A stretch of 39,568 nucleotides of DNA from a virus, in the IMG/VR virus record IMGVR_UViG_3300045988_155041; one strand, written 5' to 3'. This document shows, one piece after another, positions 17,737 to 28,200 of the stretch. A program made the position numbers and the translations under genes. The notes under the pieces were generated by a model that saw nothing but the letters and a program-made list of their open reading frames with translations, searched no databases and was not told the DNA's origin. Numbering within the stretch: the stretch's first letter is position 1; the number at the start of each line of letters is the position of its first letter.

Positions 17737-19164
17737 ATGGCTTTATCACTATCAATAGGAACAAGTCAGCTTAGCCAATCGGTATCAGGAAACTATACTA
17801 CACTTAGAGTAAATGTAAATATAAGCTGGACATTTGGTTCATGGGACCATTACGGCTCAACAAAATATGTAACCATAAACGGCTCTACATACTATTTCAG
17901 CAGCGCAAAAATAAATCCAAACAGGACAAATTCCGGTTCGCAAACATTATATAGCGTAGATGTGAACATTCCTCACAACTCGGACGGAACTAAAACCGTA
18001 AGTATATACGCGTATGTAGTGACAAGTACAGGAAGCGGGACTGTCACAGCGTCGGCTTCTCCTACATTATCGAGGATACCGCGAACATCACCGGCCACAT
18101 TATCTGCCTCAAGCGTGACTACAGGCGGCAGTTTTACTGTATATACAAATAGGTATTCTTCAAGTTTTACGCATACGATAAAAATTACGCTCGGGTCAAA
18201 GTCCATAACGAAGACGGGTATCGGAACATCAGTGACGATTACAATACCAAGGGATTGGGCGGAGGCCTTGCCTAACGCCGCGAGCGGTACGGCTACGGTA
18301 GTATGTACTACTGACGGGATAGGTTCTGTTAGCAAGAATATTACCGTAAATGTAAACTCTAATGATATACCAACGCTTACAGAAGTAACAGTTGCTCCTT
18401 ACAGCGCTAATACTGTGGTAAGCGGCTGGAATATATATCTGCAAGGATATTCGGCCGTACAGGTAACCTTTAATACGGCGGCGGGGGTTTACGGGAGCAG
18501 CATAGCAGGATACAAGGTGGTTTACGGAAGCAGTGAAGTAACGAAGTCACCGTATAGGACGCCTGTAATAAATAACAGCGGCGCTCAAAAAGTATATTGC
18601 TACGCGAAAGATTCGAGAGGACGCTGGAGCAAGGCTAAAGAAGTGAGTGTAGAGTTCTTGAGTTACGCTAAGCCGTCGTTATCGAACGCGCAGGCGTACA
18701 GGTCTAAAGATACAGGCGTAAAGGATGAGAAGAACGGAACGTCTCTTTCAGCTATTGCTACAGCGGTATTTTCGTCTTGCGGAGGGAAAAATAGCGCTAC
18801 GTTGAAATGCCGCAGGAGACGGCGCGACGGGGATTGGATGAGTTATGTTTCAATGCAGTCGGGCAAATTAACTACTTTTGCACAAGGAGCGGTTTCCGTT
18901 ACTTATTCGTATGAAGTAGAAATAAAAATTACAGACGCTCTTGGCGAAACAAATGAAGTGATAATCGAAATCCCTACAAAGGCGGCCGCGCTAAGTTTTT
19001 TGCCAGAAGGAAAAGGAGCGGCTGTGGGTAAAGTAGCTGAAAAGGAGGGAGTGCTCGAAGTCGCCTTTGACATTGAAACAGAAGGGAGCGTCACGACAGG
19101 GGATATACTCATTAACGACCCGGACCTTGAGGAGTTATGGGAATCGGTCTTCGGGGGGGGGTAA
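17737..19164 (+). CDS. Tail fibre/receptor-binding-region protein (DUF859, ReqiPepy6 Gp37-like by recollection)
   Basis: Ser/Thr-rich and beta-rich, 475 aa. It ends GGG-stop inside a G9 tract. Confidence 0.55.
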   Translation: MALSLSIGTSQLSQSVSGNYTTLRVNVNISWTFGSWDHYGSTKYVTINGSTYYFSSAKINPNRTNSGSQTLYSVDVNIPHNSDGTKTVSIYAYVVTSTGSGTVTASASPTLSRIPRTSPATLSASSVTTGGSFTVYTNRYSSSFTHTIKITLGSKSITKTGIGTSVTITIPRDWAEALPNAASGTATVVCTTDGIGSVSKNITVNVNSNDIPTLTEVTVAPYSANTVVSGWNIYLQGYSAVQVTFNTAAGVYGSSIAGYKVVYGSSEVTKSPYRTPVINNSGAQKVYCYAKDSRGRWSKAKEVSVEFLSYAKPSLSNAQAYRSKDTGVKDEKNGTSLSAIATAVFSSCGGKNSATLKCRRRRRDGDWMSYVSMQSGKLTTFAQGAVSVTYSYEVEIKITDALGETNEVIIEIPTKAAALSFLPEGKGAAVGKVAEKEGVLEVAFDIETEGSVTTGDILINDPDLEELWESVFGGG

Positions 19165-19604
19165 TACCTAAGTTAATAGACTATATTTACCCGCTCGGCA
19201 GCGTCATAGCCTCTGTAAATTCGGCCTTTGACCCTAACGAGGCATATAAATCTCAGACATGGGTCAGATTCGCGGAGGGAAGGACATTGGTCGGCGTCGA
19301 TACGTCAGATACAGATTTTAAAACGGTTGAAAAGACGGGCGGCGAAAAGACGCATAAATTAACGCTATATGAGATACCGAGCCATGAAGGGCATTTATAT
19401 AGCAATTATGATATGAACTCTATTGGTAATTGTAATCGCTATTTGGCAGAGTCTACTTTGGGACAATATGGCTCAGCGGGAAGAGGCTGGAACAGTGTGA
19501 ACGGCGGCGAAATACAGCCGGCGGGAATGTCAAGAGGCGGCGGAGCCGCGCATAACAATATGCAGCCGTATATATCGGTATATTATTGGAAACGAACAAA
19601 ATAA
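19137..19604 (+). CDS. Tail-collar-type fibre/baseplate domain protein
   Basis: GGEKTHKLTLYEIPSHEGH ... GGGAAHNNMQPYISVYYWKRT matches the phage tail collar pattern. The gaggag RBS sits only 2 nt from the ATG. Confidence 0.6.
   Translation: MGIGLRGGVIPKLIDYIYPLGSVIASVNSAFDPNEAYKSQTWVRFAEGRTLVGVDTSDTDFKTVEKTGGEKTHKLTLYEIPSHEGHLYSNYDMNSIGNCNRYLAESTLGQYGSAGRGWNSVNGGEIQPAGMSRGGGAAHNNMQPYISVYYWKRTK
19153..19161 (+). repeat. G9 homopolymer tract 1 (context tcGGGGGGGGGtaatac)
   Basis: Counted directly. It encodes the terminal GGG of 17737..19164 and overlaps the 5' end of 19137..19604. Confidence 0.95.
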
Positions 19605-19642
19605 TCGCCTTCCCCGCAGCGGGATAGGCGGGGGAGGGAAAA

Positions 19643-19750
19643 ATGTTTAATCAAAAACAAGGATTTAAAGATGTGACTAATGTAATAAAGAAATTTACAG
19701 GGATAGAACCTATGATACCGGAATCTTTGAAAAAAATCGTCGGGGGGGGG
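19643..19750 (+). other. 36-codon ORF fragment ending in the second G9 tract (…ESLKKIVGGG)
   Basis: RBS gggggaggg. Its N-terminus QKQGFKDVTNVIKKFT resembles the N-terminus of the 19782 gene (LKQCLKDIVKIFT). The frame after the tract is ambiguous. Confidence 0.4.
19742..19750 (+). repeat. G9 homopolymer tract 2 (context tcGGGGGGGGGtactac)
   Basis: Counted directly. It has the same tcG9ta context as tract 1. Confidence 0.95.
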
Positions 19751-19781
19751 TACTACATGAGCGCAAAAAGGAGGTGGCGGT

Positions 19782-20156
19782 ATGCTGCCTTTAAAACAGT
19801 GCTTGAAAGATATTGTAAAAATATTTACGGAGCAAACATTAACAACGAAAAATCTGAGCGCGGCAGAAAACAGAGTATCCATAGATTCCGGCGGATATAT
19901 GGTTTTGGGAAATTGGGTGTTTGTACAGATAACTTTGAAAATAAAGGTAACTCTAAACGGAAACACTTATTGGACACTCATGGATGGCTTTCCGGAACCA
20001 AAAACACCATTTGCGGCCTTGGGGGCAAACTATCACTTCATGGACGCGCCCGTGAATGTTTCACTTTATGGCTCGGCCCTAACTATAACTTGTGGGAATC
20101 AGGAATTACAGCCGGGAAGAATGTTGGTGATAAGTGGATTTTACATAAAAGCGTAA
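19782..20156 (+). CDS. Small beta-rich tail-associated protein
   Basis: Strong RBS aaggaggtggcggt before the ATG. Its composition is protein-like, unlike the overlapping frame. Confidence 0.55.
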   Translation: MLPLKQCLKDIVKIFTEQTLTTKNLSAAENRVSIDSGGYMVLGNWVFVQITLKIKVTLNGNTYWTLMDGFPEPKTPFAALGANYHFMDAPVNVSLYGSALTITCGNQELQPGRMLVISGFYIKA

Positions 20157-20174
20157 GGTTTAAGAGGTGTCGTC

Positions 20175-20597
20175 ATGCTTAATATAAAGACGGCGCTTAC
20201 GCAACTCGCTAACAGAGTTAAGGCGGAAAAGGACTATGTAGTAGAGTATAAGATAAACGACGCGGATAAATGGTCGTATAGAAAATGGGCGAGTGGTATA
20301 GCGGAATGCTGGTTGTTTTATTACAACACTATAGCGCCATATTCTTCAGGCGGAGTTGATAATTTTAAATATTCTTATACTGCCGCTTTTGATTTGCCAT
20401 TTGCGTTTGTAACTAATAGCGATAAAAATCATCATTGCGGATATTCAAAAACAGCATCTGTGTCTGTGAGCAATGGCACGGGTGTTGTAATTTCTGGACA
20501 TTTAAACGATACTCCGTCGAAGGTTCACCTCCATTGGACAAGTAATACGACGGGCGTTAGCTATATAAATATTCACTTAATGGGAAGGTGGAAATAG
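20175..20597 (+). CDS. Small tail-associated hypothetical protein
   Basis: RBS aagaggtg. Last ORF of the tail block. Confidence 0.5.
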   Translation: MLNIKTALTQLANRVKAEKDYVVEYKINDADKWSYRKWASGIAECWLFYYNTIAPYSSGGVDNFKYSYTAAFDLPFAFVTNSDKNHHCGYSKTASVSVSNGTGVVISGHLNDTPSKVHLHWTSNTTGVSYINIHLMGRWK

Positions 20598-20620
20598 CTA
20601 TAGCAAAGCTGCCAAAGATT

Positions 20621-20629
20621 TGATATAAT
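20621..20629 (+). promoter_or_regulatory. Extended -10 promoter element TGATATAAT
   Basis: Exact TGnTATAAT. The -35 region (tagcaa) is weak. Confidence 0.5.
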
Positions 20630-20635
20630 GAGAAA

Positions 20636-20908
20636 GTCAAGAGGACGAGCGAAAGCGGTTGGCCTTCCGAGATTCAAAAGGGATTTTGAATTTTAAGGAA
20701 GGTGGTAATATGGTGAGAATCACTATTTTTTTAGGAAATTCAGAATAACCATTTACATAAAAAATAACCGCCACGGCTGCGAACCCTTAGACGGCTATTT
20801 TAGTCACTGACGGTTAACCGTTTTTAGCGGTTTCCTCTTGACCTAAATATATCATAATGAAAATATAAACGCAAGAGATAATTAGACCAACCGCGAAGGT
20901 TGGTTTTT
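20636..20908 (+). ncRNA. Candidate structured non-coding RNA (~270 nt), class unknown
   Basis: Lies between an extended -10 promoter and an intrinsic terminator. A 10-bp perfect long-range helix pairs 20636..20645 with 20833..20842. Nested hairpins are present and no ORF exceeds 12 codons. Confidence 0.4.
20886..20908 (+). terminator. Intrinsic terminator
   Basis: accaacc gcgaa ggttggt, followed by tttt. Confidence 0.7.
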
Positions 20909-20924
20909 ATTATGCAATATTTGA

Positions 20925-20949
20925 TATTTTGTCGGGGCAGCGGGTTAGA
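20925..20949 (+). promoter_or_regulatory. Conserved 25-nt motif, copy C (tattttgtcggggcagcGGGTTAGA)
   Basis: Shares a 17-nt exact block, ggcagcgggttagaaaa, with copy D. It lies 70 nt upstream of the ATG at 21019. Confidence 0.5.
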
Positions 20950-21018
20950 AAATAATAAATAAATTTGAGAAAATATAGATAAAGTAAAAGTTAGACTATG
21001 AAAAGAAAGGGAGATAAA

Positions 21019-22239
21019 ATGGCATATTCACAAATAGGATACGGCTCATCAGGAAGTGATGTAAGGAAGCTGCAAGAAATACTGAATGGCAAGGGATATA
21101 ATCTTTCTGTTGACGGACAATTCGGAGCAAAAACCAAGTCAGCTGTAAGAGACTATCAGTCTAAGAATGGTTTAAGCGTTGACGGAATTGTAGGCGTTAA
21201 TACGTGGGGAAAACTTACGAGCGATTCCTCGTCGTCTCAGACGCCCGCAACAAGTTCAAATACAAAATCGAACTTGCTCGGAGTATCAGATTATACCGCG
21301 AGTAATTTAAGCAAGTATGAGGAAGGATATAAGCCTTCTGACGCGGTTATAAAAGCGCAGGAATATTTGAATAAAGTTTCAGAAGAAAAGCCTTCGCCAT
21401 TTGTATCATCATATAAAGAACAACTTGAAGATATATATAACAAGATAATGAACCGGAAGGAATTTTCTTACGACCTTAACGGAGACATGCTCTACCAGCA
21501 GATGAAAGACCAATATCAAGTATTGGGGAAAACAGCTATGCAGGACACTATGGGAGAGGCCGCGGCATTAACGGGCGGATATGGAAACACATATGCGCAA
21601 AGTGTCGGACAGCAAACGTATGACGAATATTTGAGGCAACTTAATGATAATATACCGGACCTTTATCAATTAGCCTTACAGCAGTATAACTCCGAAGGCG
21701 AGCGTATGTTACAACAGTACGAGCTTACGGGAGATATGTATAACGACGAGTATAACAAGTACATGGACGCATATAATCAGTGGCTTGCGGAAAGAGATTT
21801 TGTAAGCAATAGATATGATTCAGAACGTAATTTTGATTATAACGATTTCGCTAATATGCTTTCTTATTGGCAGTCTATGGCGGGAGCCGAAAATCAAAAC
21901 TATTGGAATCAGAAAGATTATGATTTTCAGTTGCAACAGTTTGAATATCAAAAGCAGCAGGACGCTATAGCAAATGCTTTAGCGAGGCAGAAATTGGCTC
22001 TCGCGTCGTCGGGCGGCGGAAGCTCGGGAAGCGGCTCAGAGGAACCGGATGTGTCAAAAGGCGCGACACAAAACGCAAAGAATGTTTTAGGAGAATACGG
22101 AAAATATTTAGCTCAAGGAGGGGCAGGAGCTGATAGGCTGGCCTATGTTATAGAAATGATAGAAAACAGAACGCAAGAGGATGACGGGTTAAATAATAAT
22201 GAAAGAGCTTGGGTATTGGCGCAGTTAGCCAAAAGATAG
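21019..22239 (+). CDS. Peptidoglycan-binding (PG_binding_1) domain protein with a Gln/Asn/Tyr-rich C-terminal region
   Basis: GSDVRKLQEILNGKGYNLSVDGQFGAKTKSAVRDYQSKNGLSVDGIVGVNTWGKL. Start refined to the ATG behind aagggagataaa. Confidence 0.7.
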   Translation: MAYSQIGYGSSGSDVRKLQEILNGKGYNLSVDGQFGAKTKSAVRDYQSKNGLSVDGIVGVNTWGKLTSDSSSSQTPATSSNTKSNLLGVSDYTASNLSKYEEGYKPSDAVIKAQEYLNKVSEEKPSPFVSSYKEQLEDIYNKIMNRKEFSYDLNGDMLYQQMKDQYQVLGKTAMQDTMGEAAALTGGYGNTYAQSVGQQTYDEYLRQLNDNIPDLYQLALQQYNSEGERMLQQYELTGDMYNDEYNKYMDAYNQWLAERDFVSNRYDSERNFDYNDFANMLSYWQSMAGAENQNYWNQKDYDFQLQQFEYQKQQDAIANALARQKLALASSGGGSSGSGSEEPDVSKGATQNAKNVLGEYGKYLAQGGAGADRLAYVIEMIENRTQEDDGLNNNERAWVLAQLAKR

Positions 22240-22248
22240 GAGGAAGAA

Positions 22249-25200
22249 ATGGCAAAAACAAAAGCTATAGAGTATTATGCTAAAAAGGCTAAAATGTTGG
22301 CACAAGAGTCAATAGATTATGAAAGGGAAAACGTTGTAAAATATTATTCCCAAAAAGCTAAGGCGCTGGCGCAAGAGTCAATAGATTATGAAAGGCAAGT
22401 AAAAGATTCGGCGCAGAAAAGAGAAATTAAAAAATTAGCCTCTACATATGGCTTTACCGAATCCAATATAGCAAATGCTTCACCTTTTGTACAGCAGAAG
22501 ATAACTACAAGCGAGAATAAAAAGAATACGAATATTACGCCGAGATATAAGACGGCGAAAGAAACAAAAGAGGCGATAGAAAATCTTAACAAGGATATTG
22601 CGACTAATGGAATGGCTTTTCCCGCTATTGAACACGGAGAGGCGTATCAATCGTTTTTAAAGGCTCGTTCTGAATATACGAAAGAGTACAAAAAGGAGAA
22701 GAAAACTCTGACAGATGAATATAACTTTCTTAAAGATAAAGAAGATGAAGCTAAAACAAAAGATTTGCCGGAGGACCTTCTGGAATTACTTGACGAATAT
22801 AATAGGGGCCATATAGATACTACATATAATCCGTTTAGTTACGCGAGGTCTCAAGACGGCTATAAATATTTCGGGAAAGAACTTAAATATGACGGTTATA
22901 CAGAAAAAGAACTTAAAGAGCTCGCGGCGGCAAGGAAACGCAAAACTGACGAAATAGATACGATTAAGGCGTTACAAGAAGCATATGAATTATCAAAAGA
23001 AAGCCCCGTGCAGGGCAGTATAGGGTCTTTAGTAGATAACTTCGCGGGAGGGGCTACAGGCTTATTTGATTTGGCCGGACAATATATAAAGGACCCTGAC
23101 AGAGATTTTAATGTAAACACTATGTCTCTGAGAAAGAGCCAAACCGCAAACGCGGCGAGGTCCGCGGTGTCTGAAGACATAGAAACCCCACTTCTTAGGA
23201 AGTTATATGATGTAGGAATGAGTATAGGAGACATGGTTACCGCCAGCGCTGGAACTTTGGGTTATGGAACACTCCCTATGTTTTTCGCTGAAGCAGGCGT
23301 TCAAAACGCTATAGACCTTACAGAAAGGGGCACTGATTCTTCAACGGCGCTTGCGGGAGGCTTAGCCGCCGGAACATTCGAGGTTTTATTTGAGAAACTT
23401 TCTTTGGGCAATTTAAAGGCTCTTTCACGAATGAACACTTCTACGCTGAAAGGCTTTGGAAAGGAGTTTGCGAAAACTGTAGGCGTTAACGCCTCTGAGG
23501 AAGCCGCGACAGAAGCAACTAATATTTTATACGATACTCTGGCTAACGGCGACATTTCTAATTACAGTCTTAGAAAAGAGCAAATTATGGCTGAGGGTAA
23601 AACTGAAGAAGAAGCAAAGACGGAGATTTTTAATGAATTTTTATCGCAAATTGGAGACGCCGCGTTATCAGGCGGTTTAATGGGAGGAATGCTTGCTCCG
23701 GCGGGAATAGCGGTAGGCAACTACAGATATTCAAAGCAAGGAAAAAATCTGTCAGAAGGGCAAACCGAGGCCCTAAAGGACTATTCTTCAACGTCAGGGG
23801 GAGAAGCAGGGAGGTTGTATAAAGAATATCAATCTAAATACAGTGATAAAAACGCGGCTCTCGGTATGATGAAAGAAGCAGCGGATAATGAAGTAATATC
23901 CAATCTGATTGAGTCGGAATCTTTGAACGATATTACGGAGGCATATGACAACGCTGTAAAGTTAAATACAGATGAAGGTACGAGACGAATTTTAGATAAC
24001 GTATATAACGCTCGCGTAAGTCAGATATTTAATAAAGAGACGGCGGGAGAAACAAACGCCGTTGTAAACAGTAACGGCCATACTATTGGTGTAAACAGAA
24101 GCGAGGAAATCAGAGGCGGCAGGAATTACACTTTAAGTAAAGATGATGTTGAAGTTATAAAAAGGACTGCCGGAGCAAAATTACAGGACGGAAGCGAGGT
24201 TATAATAAACGGTATTACTGATGATAACGGAGAATTAAAGTATAAGACAATAGAGGGAAAGGCAGTAGCACCTTCCGAGGTGACGTTTAACAATGATACC
24301 ACAAGGGAACTGTATCAGAAAGCCGCGGAAATAGAGGAACCGGCAAGGAATCTTTTCATAAATACCTACCCGGGAGACGTGTCTGTAGGCAAGTTCAAAA
24401 ATGGGTTTGAGAATTTTTATGATTCGGGCAAATTGAGCGGCGCGGTTTCTTTTGATATGGCAAAAGAGATGAACTCGGCGTTTCTTGAGAATGTAATAAA
24501 TGAAAGCGCGGCAAGAAAGGCGTACGAAGCCGGACAGGCGAGCATAACGGGAAACGTTAATATAAACGACAGTATTATAAGAAAATCTACCGCCGGAACC
24601 GTGGTAGACAATACTGTTGTGAATCACTTAGACGAAGGAGTAAAAGAGCTTATTGGCAGTATAGCCAAGAAAACGGGCATAGACTTTGAACTTACTGACG
24701 AGATTATAGCGGGAGAGACGGCAAGAGGGGAGAGAGTATACGCCAATGGGTATTTTGACAAAGCCGTAGTTAAGGCTGTTATATCAGGAGACGCTGATAA
24801 CGCTGCGGAGGCGGCGGCACATGAGACTACGCACTTTGCCTTTGCTTTAAATAATAAAGATATGAAAAAGGTTTCAGACCTTTGTATTGCTTATCTTGCC
24901 GAGACAAGCGACGCCAAAACGGCGGAGGCCCTTATAGAAAACAAGATGAAGAATGTTGAGACAAGGGAGGATGCTATAGAGGAACTGACGAGCGACGCTA
25001 TAGCGGGCATAATTTCGAGCGAAGAAGGGGCGAAGGCGTTTATAGAATATCTTGAAACAGATAAAAATTTAACTACTGCCGAAAAGAGGACTATTCTTGA
25101 GAAAATAAAAGACTTAATAGAGAGAGTTTTGGAATCAATAAAAGCTCTTGCCGGACAGGGACATATTTCCGATACGGCAAAAGTCTTCGCTGAGGCTGAA

Positions 25201-28200
25201 TATGACCGCGTGAGCGAAATCTTAAACTTATACACCAAGGCTTTGGACAAGGCGAGTGAAAAGTTAAGAAAGGGAGAGAGAGCCGAAGAAGGGGCAGGAA
25301 AAGTAAATACAAAGTTCTCTTTAAAGAATAAGAATATAACTGAAGACACAAAAATTCCTTTTGTAATTGCGGAGGAATATATTGACGTACCTAAAAATAA
25401 TAAAGCTGCTTTAAGCGAGTTACAAAACAAGGTGAAGCAGCTCCCGAGAAGTACTTATGAGAACAAGGCTACGGGATATAGGGCGGATATAACGGAAGAA
25501 ACTATTAAAAAGGCTATAAACCCTACACATAAAAATTTTAATAAACATAGTTCAAAATATATAAATAATTTAAACGCTACGCTGAACTTTTCTGAGCTTT
25601 TTGAAAATGCGGTATATATAGATACCATAGAGAACCAAAAGAGTAAAAACGCAAACAAAAATATCAAAGGTTTTCACCACTTCGTTGCACCTCTTAGAAT
25701 GAAAGGAGCAGACTACAGGACACTTATTACAGCGAGAGAAAAGAAAAATTCTAACACGTTATATGTACTTGGAGTAGAGGTTTTACCTATGAAAAAGAAG
25801 ATGTCTCAATCGGCAACTTCTTTGAGTGGTTCCCGCTCTAAGGAGACATCTTCTATGATTACTATACCTGACCTCATAAGAGATGTCAAGATATATAATT
25901 ATGATACGCAAGAAAATCAGACATATACACAGGAAAACATAAAATTCTCCTTTATTGGGGAAAAGGCGTTGAATAAAAACAATAAGTCTTTGGAAAAAGC
26001 TAAAGAAATGGAATCGGCCGGAAAAACGAGCGAGGATATAAGGAAGAACACGGGCTGGTTCAGAGGAGGAGATAATAAATGGCGTTTCGAGATTGATTCC
26101 AGCAAGATGAGAGTAGACCACAGAGGTAAATTCCATAGAAATTCGGCGATACGCCGCCGCTGGGAATTATTCGATAAACTACATGTTACCAATACGGCCA
26201 CAAAAGCAGATTTTCAAGAGCTTATGCAGCTTGACAGAACTCTCGGAACTTTAACGGAACCAAAGAAATTAGGGGATTTAATTGACTATCCGCAACTTTT
26301 TGAGGCATATCCACAGTTAGCTGATATGGACTTTTCATTTGTAAATTTGGGAGATATGGACGGAGGATATAGCCCGCTTGTTAATAAGATTTTTATAGAT
26401 GAAAGTTTGAAAGAAGACTCTCAGCAGATGAGACAGACGCTCATACATGAAATTCAACACGCCATACAGGAAGCTGAAGGATTTGCCAAGGGTTCCAATC
26501 TTATAGGGTTGAATAAAGCTATTGAGGAAGCAAAGCGTATTGAAGAAAAAACAGATAAACAGCTTGACGTGGCTATAGATGAGCTTTTTAGACTTCTTGA
26601 TGAAAGTGGGTATATTGAACAGTATGGCGAGGATATTGATGTACTCGCCGAAAAGGAACAGGATAGAATCAGGGCATTTTTCAAAGAAAACAACAAAGAC
26701 GGTGCGGAAGCATTAGAAAAAGTTATAAAGCTATGGGAAGAAAATACGCGGGCAATCACCGAAACGGCCAGACTCCAAAAAATATCAAGCCACGATTACT
26801 ACATGAATAGCGCAGGAGAAATAGAGGCAAGAGATGTTTCAAACAGATTGTATTTCACTGAAGAACAGATAAGAAATATAAGGCCCGATATAGATAATGA
26901 CGCCGCGATTGTAAGATTCTCTCTAAAAAATAAAAATATAACTGAGGACACAAAAATTCCTTTTGTTATTGCGGAGGAATATATTGACGTGCCTAAAAAC
27001 AACAAGGCGGCTTTAAGCGAGCTACAAAACAAGGTGAAGCAGCTTCCAAGAGGTACGTATGAAAATAAGGCTACAGGATACAAAGCAAATATAAATTCAA
27101 ATACGATAAAAAAAGCGTTGACTCCTACGCATAAGAAATTTAATTGGTTTTCTGAGGAATATATCAACAATTTAAATGGCATTTTAAGGTTATCAGAACT
27201 TTTTAAAACAGCTATATATGTGGACACTATATCTCCGATGAAAAATAAAAAAGATAATCCAAACATGAAAGGCTTTCACCATTTTGTCGCACCGCTTGGA
27301 ATGAAAGGAGGGGCGTACAGAGCGTTAATTACAGCAAGGGAAAAAGAAAATTCTAATACACTATACGTTCTTAGAGTAGAAGTTCTGCCAATAGAAAAAA
27401 CGCCCCTATTGACAGCTTCTTCGATTGGCTCCCAATCTGTGAGGGCGTTTTCTGAAATCAGTATACCTGACCTCATAAGAGATGTCAAGATATATAATTA
27501 TGATACGCAAGAGAGCCAGATTTATACACAGGAAGATATAAAATATTCATTGCTCGATTCTTCCGGAAGGAAACTAACAAAGAAGCAGGCTGAATACTTT
27601 AAGGGTAGTAAAGCGAGAGACGATAACGGTAACTTACAGATTGTATATCATGGCACAAATGAAGCCGGTTTTACTGTGTTTAATAGGAATATCAACTTTT
27701 ATTCAGACAGTAAAGAATTAGCTAAAACTTACAGTAACACTAATGGGCTGTATGAAGGCTACGCAAATATTAAAAATCCTTTAGTCATCGACGTTAAAGG
27801 TGAGAAGTGGTCAGGCATTCCTGTAGAATATATCGAACTCGAAAATATAGAAGATATTTTCAATGAATACGGAGTAGATACCTTTGAAGATGGTGGAATG
27901 GAAAGAACATCAACTGCTGATATTGCAAGTGCTATTGATGAGGCGGTCGAAGAGGGTCAATTAAACTATGACGGAATCATTTTCAAAAATATTTATGATG
28001 AGGGTTCCTATAGTTCGGGGATTGGCATTATATTAGCAAACGATTATGTAACATTTAACAAAAATCAATTTAAAAATATTACTAACGAAAATCCAACAGA
28101 CGATCCGGATATAAGATTTTCTCTAAAAAACAAAAACATAACTGAAGATACAAAAATTCCTTTCGTGATTGCCGAAAGGTACGTTGACGTACCTAAAAAT

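Noticed and set aside
19643-20182. 179-aa ORF as given in the ORF track
   Set aside because: After the G9 tract the translation turns Arg/Lys-rich and overlaps, out of frame, the gene at 19782..20156, which has a strong RBS. Only the first 36 codons look genuine.
20636-20842. 10-bp terminal inverted repeats as the ends of a MITE-like insertion
   Set aside because: No flanking target-site duplication abuts the repeats. The similar ataatga-aaa strings lie at different distances from the two ends. An RNA closing helix is more parsimonious, but the MITE reading is not fully excluded.
20832-20870. Second promoter at cctcTTGACCtaaatatatcataatg
   Set aside because: The spacing between TTGACC and any TATAAT-like hexamer is wrong: 9 nt to cataat, and only aaatat at 17 nt. 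This segment is better explained as the 3' arm of the long-range helix.
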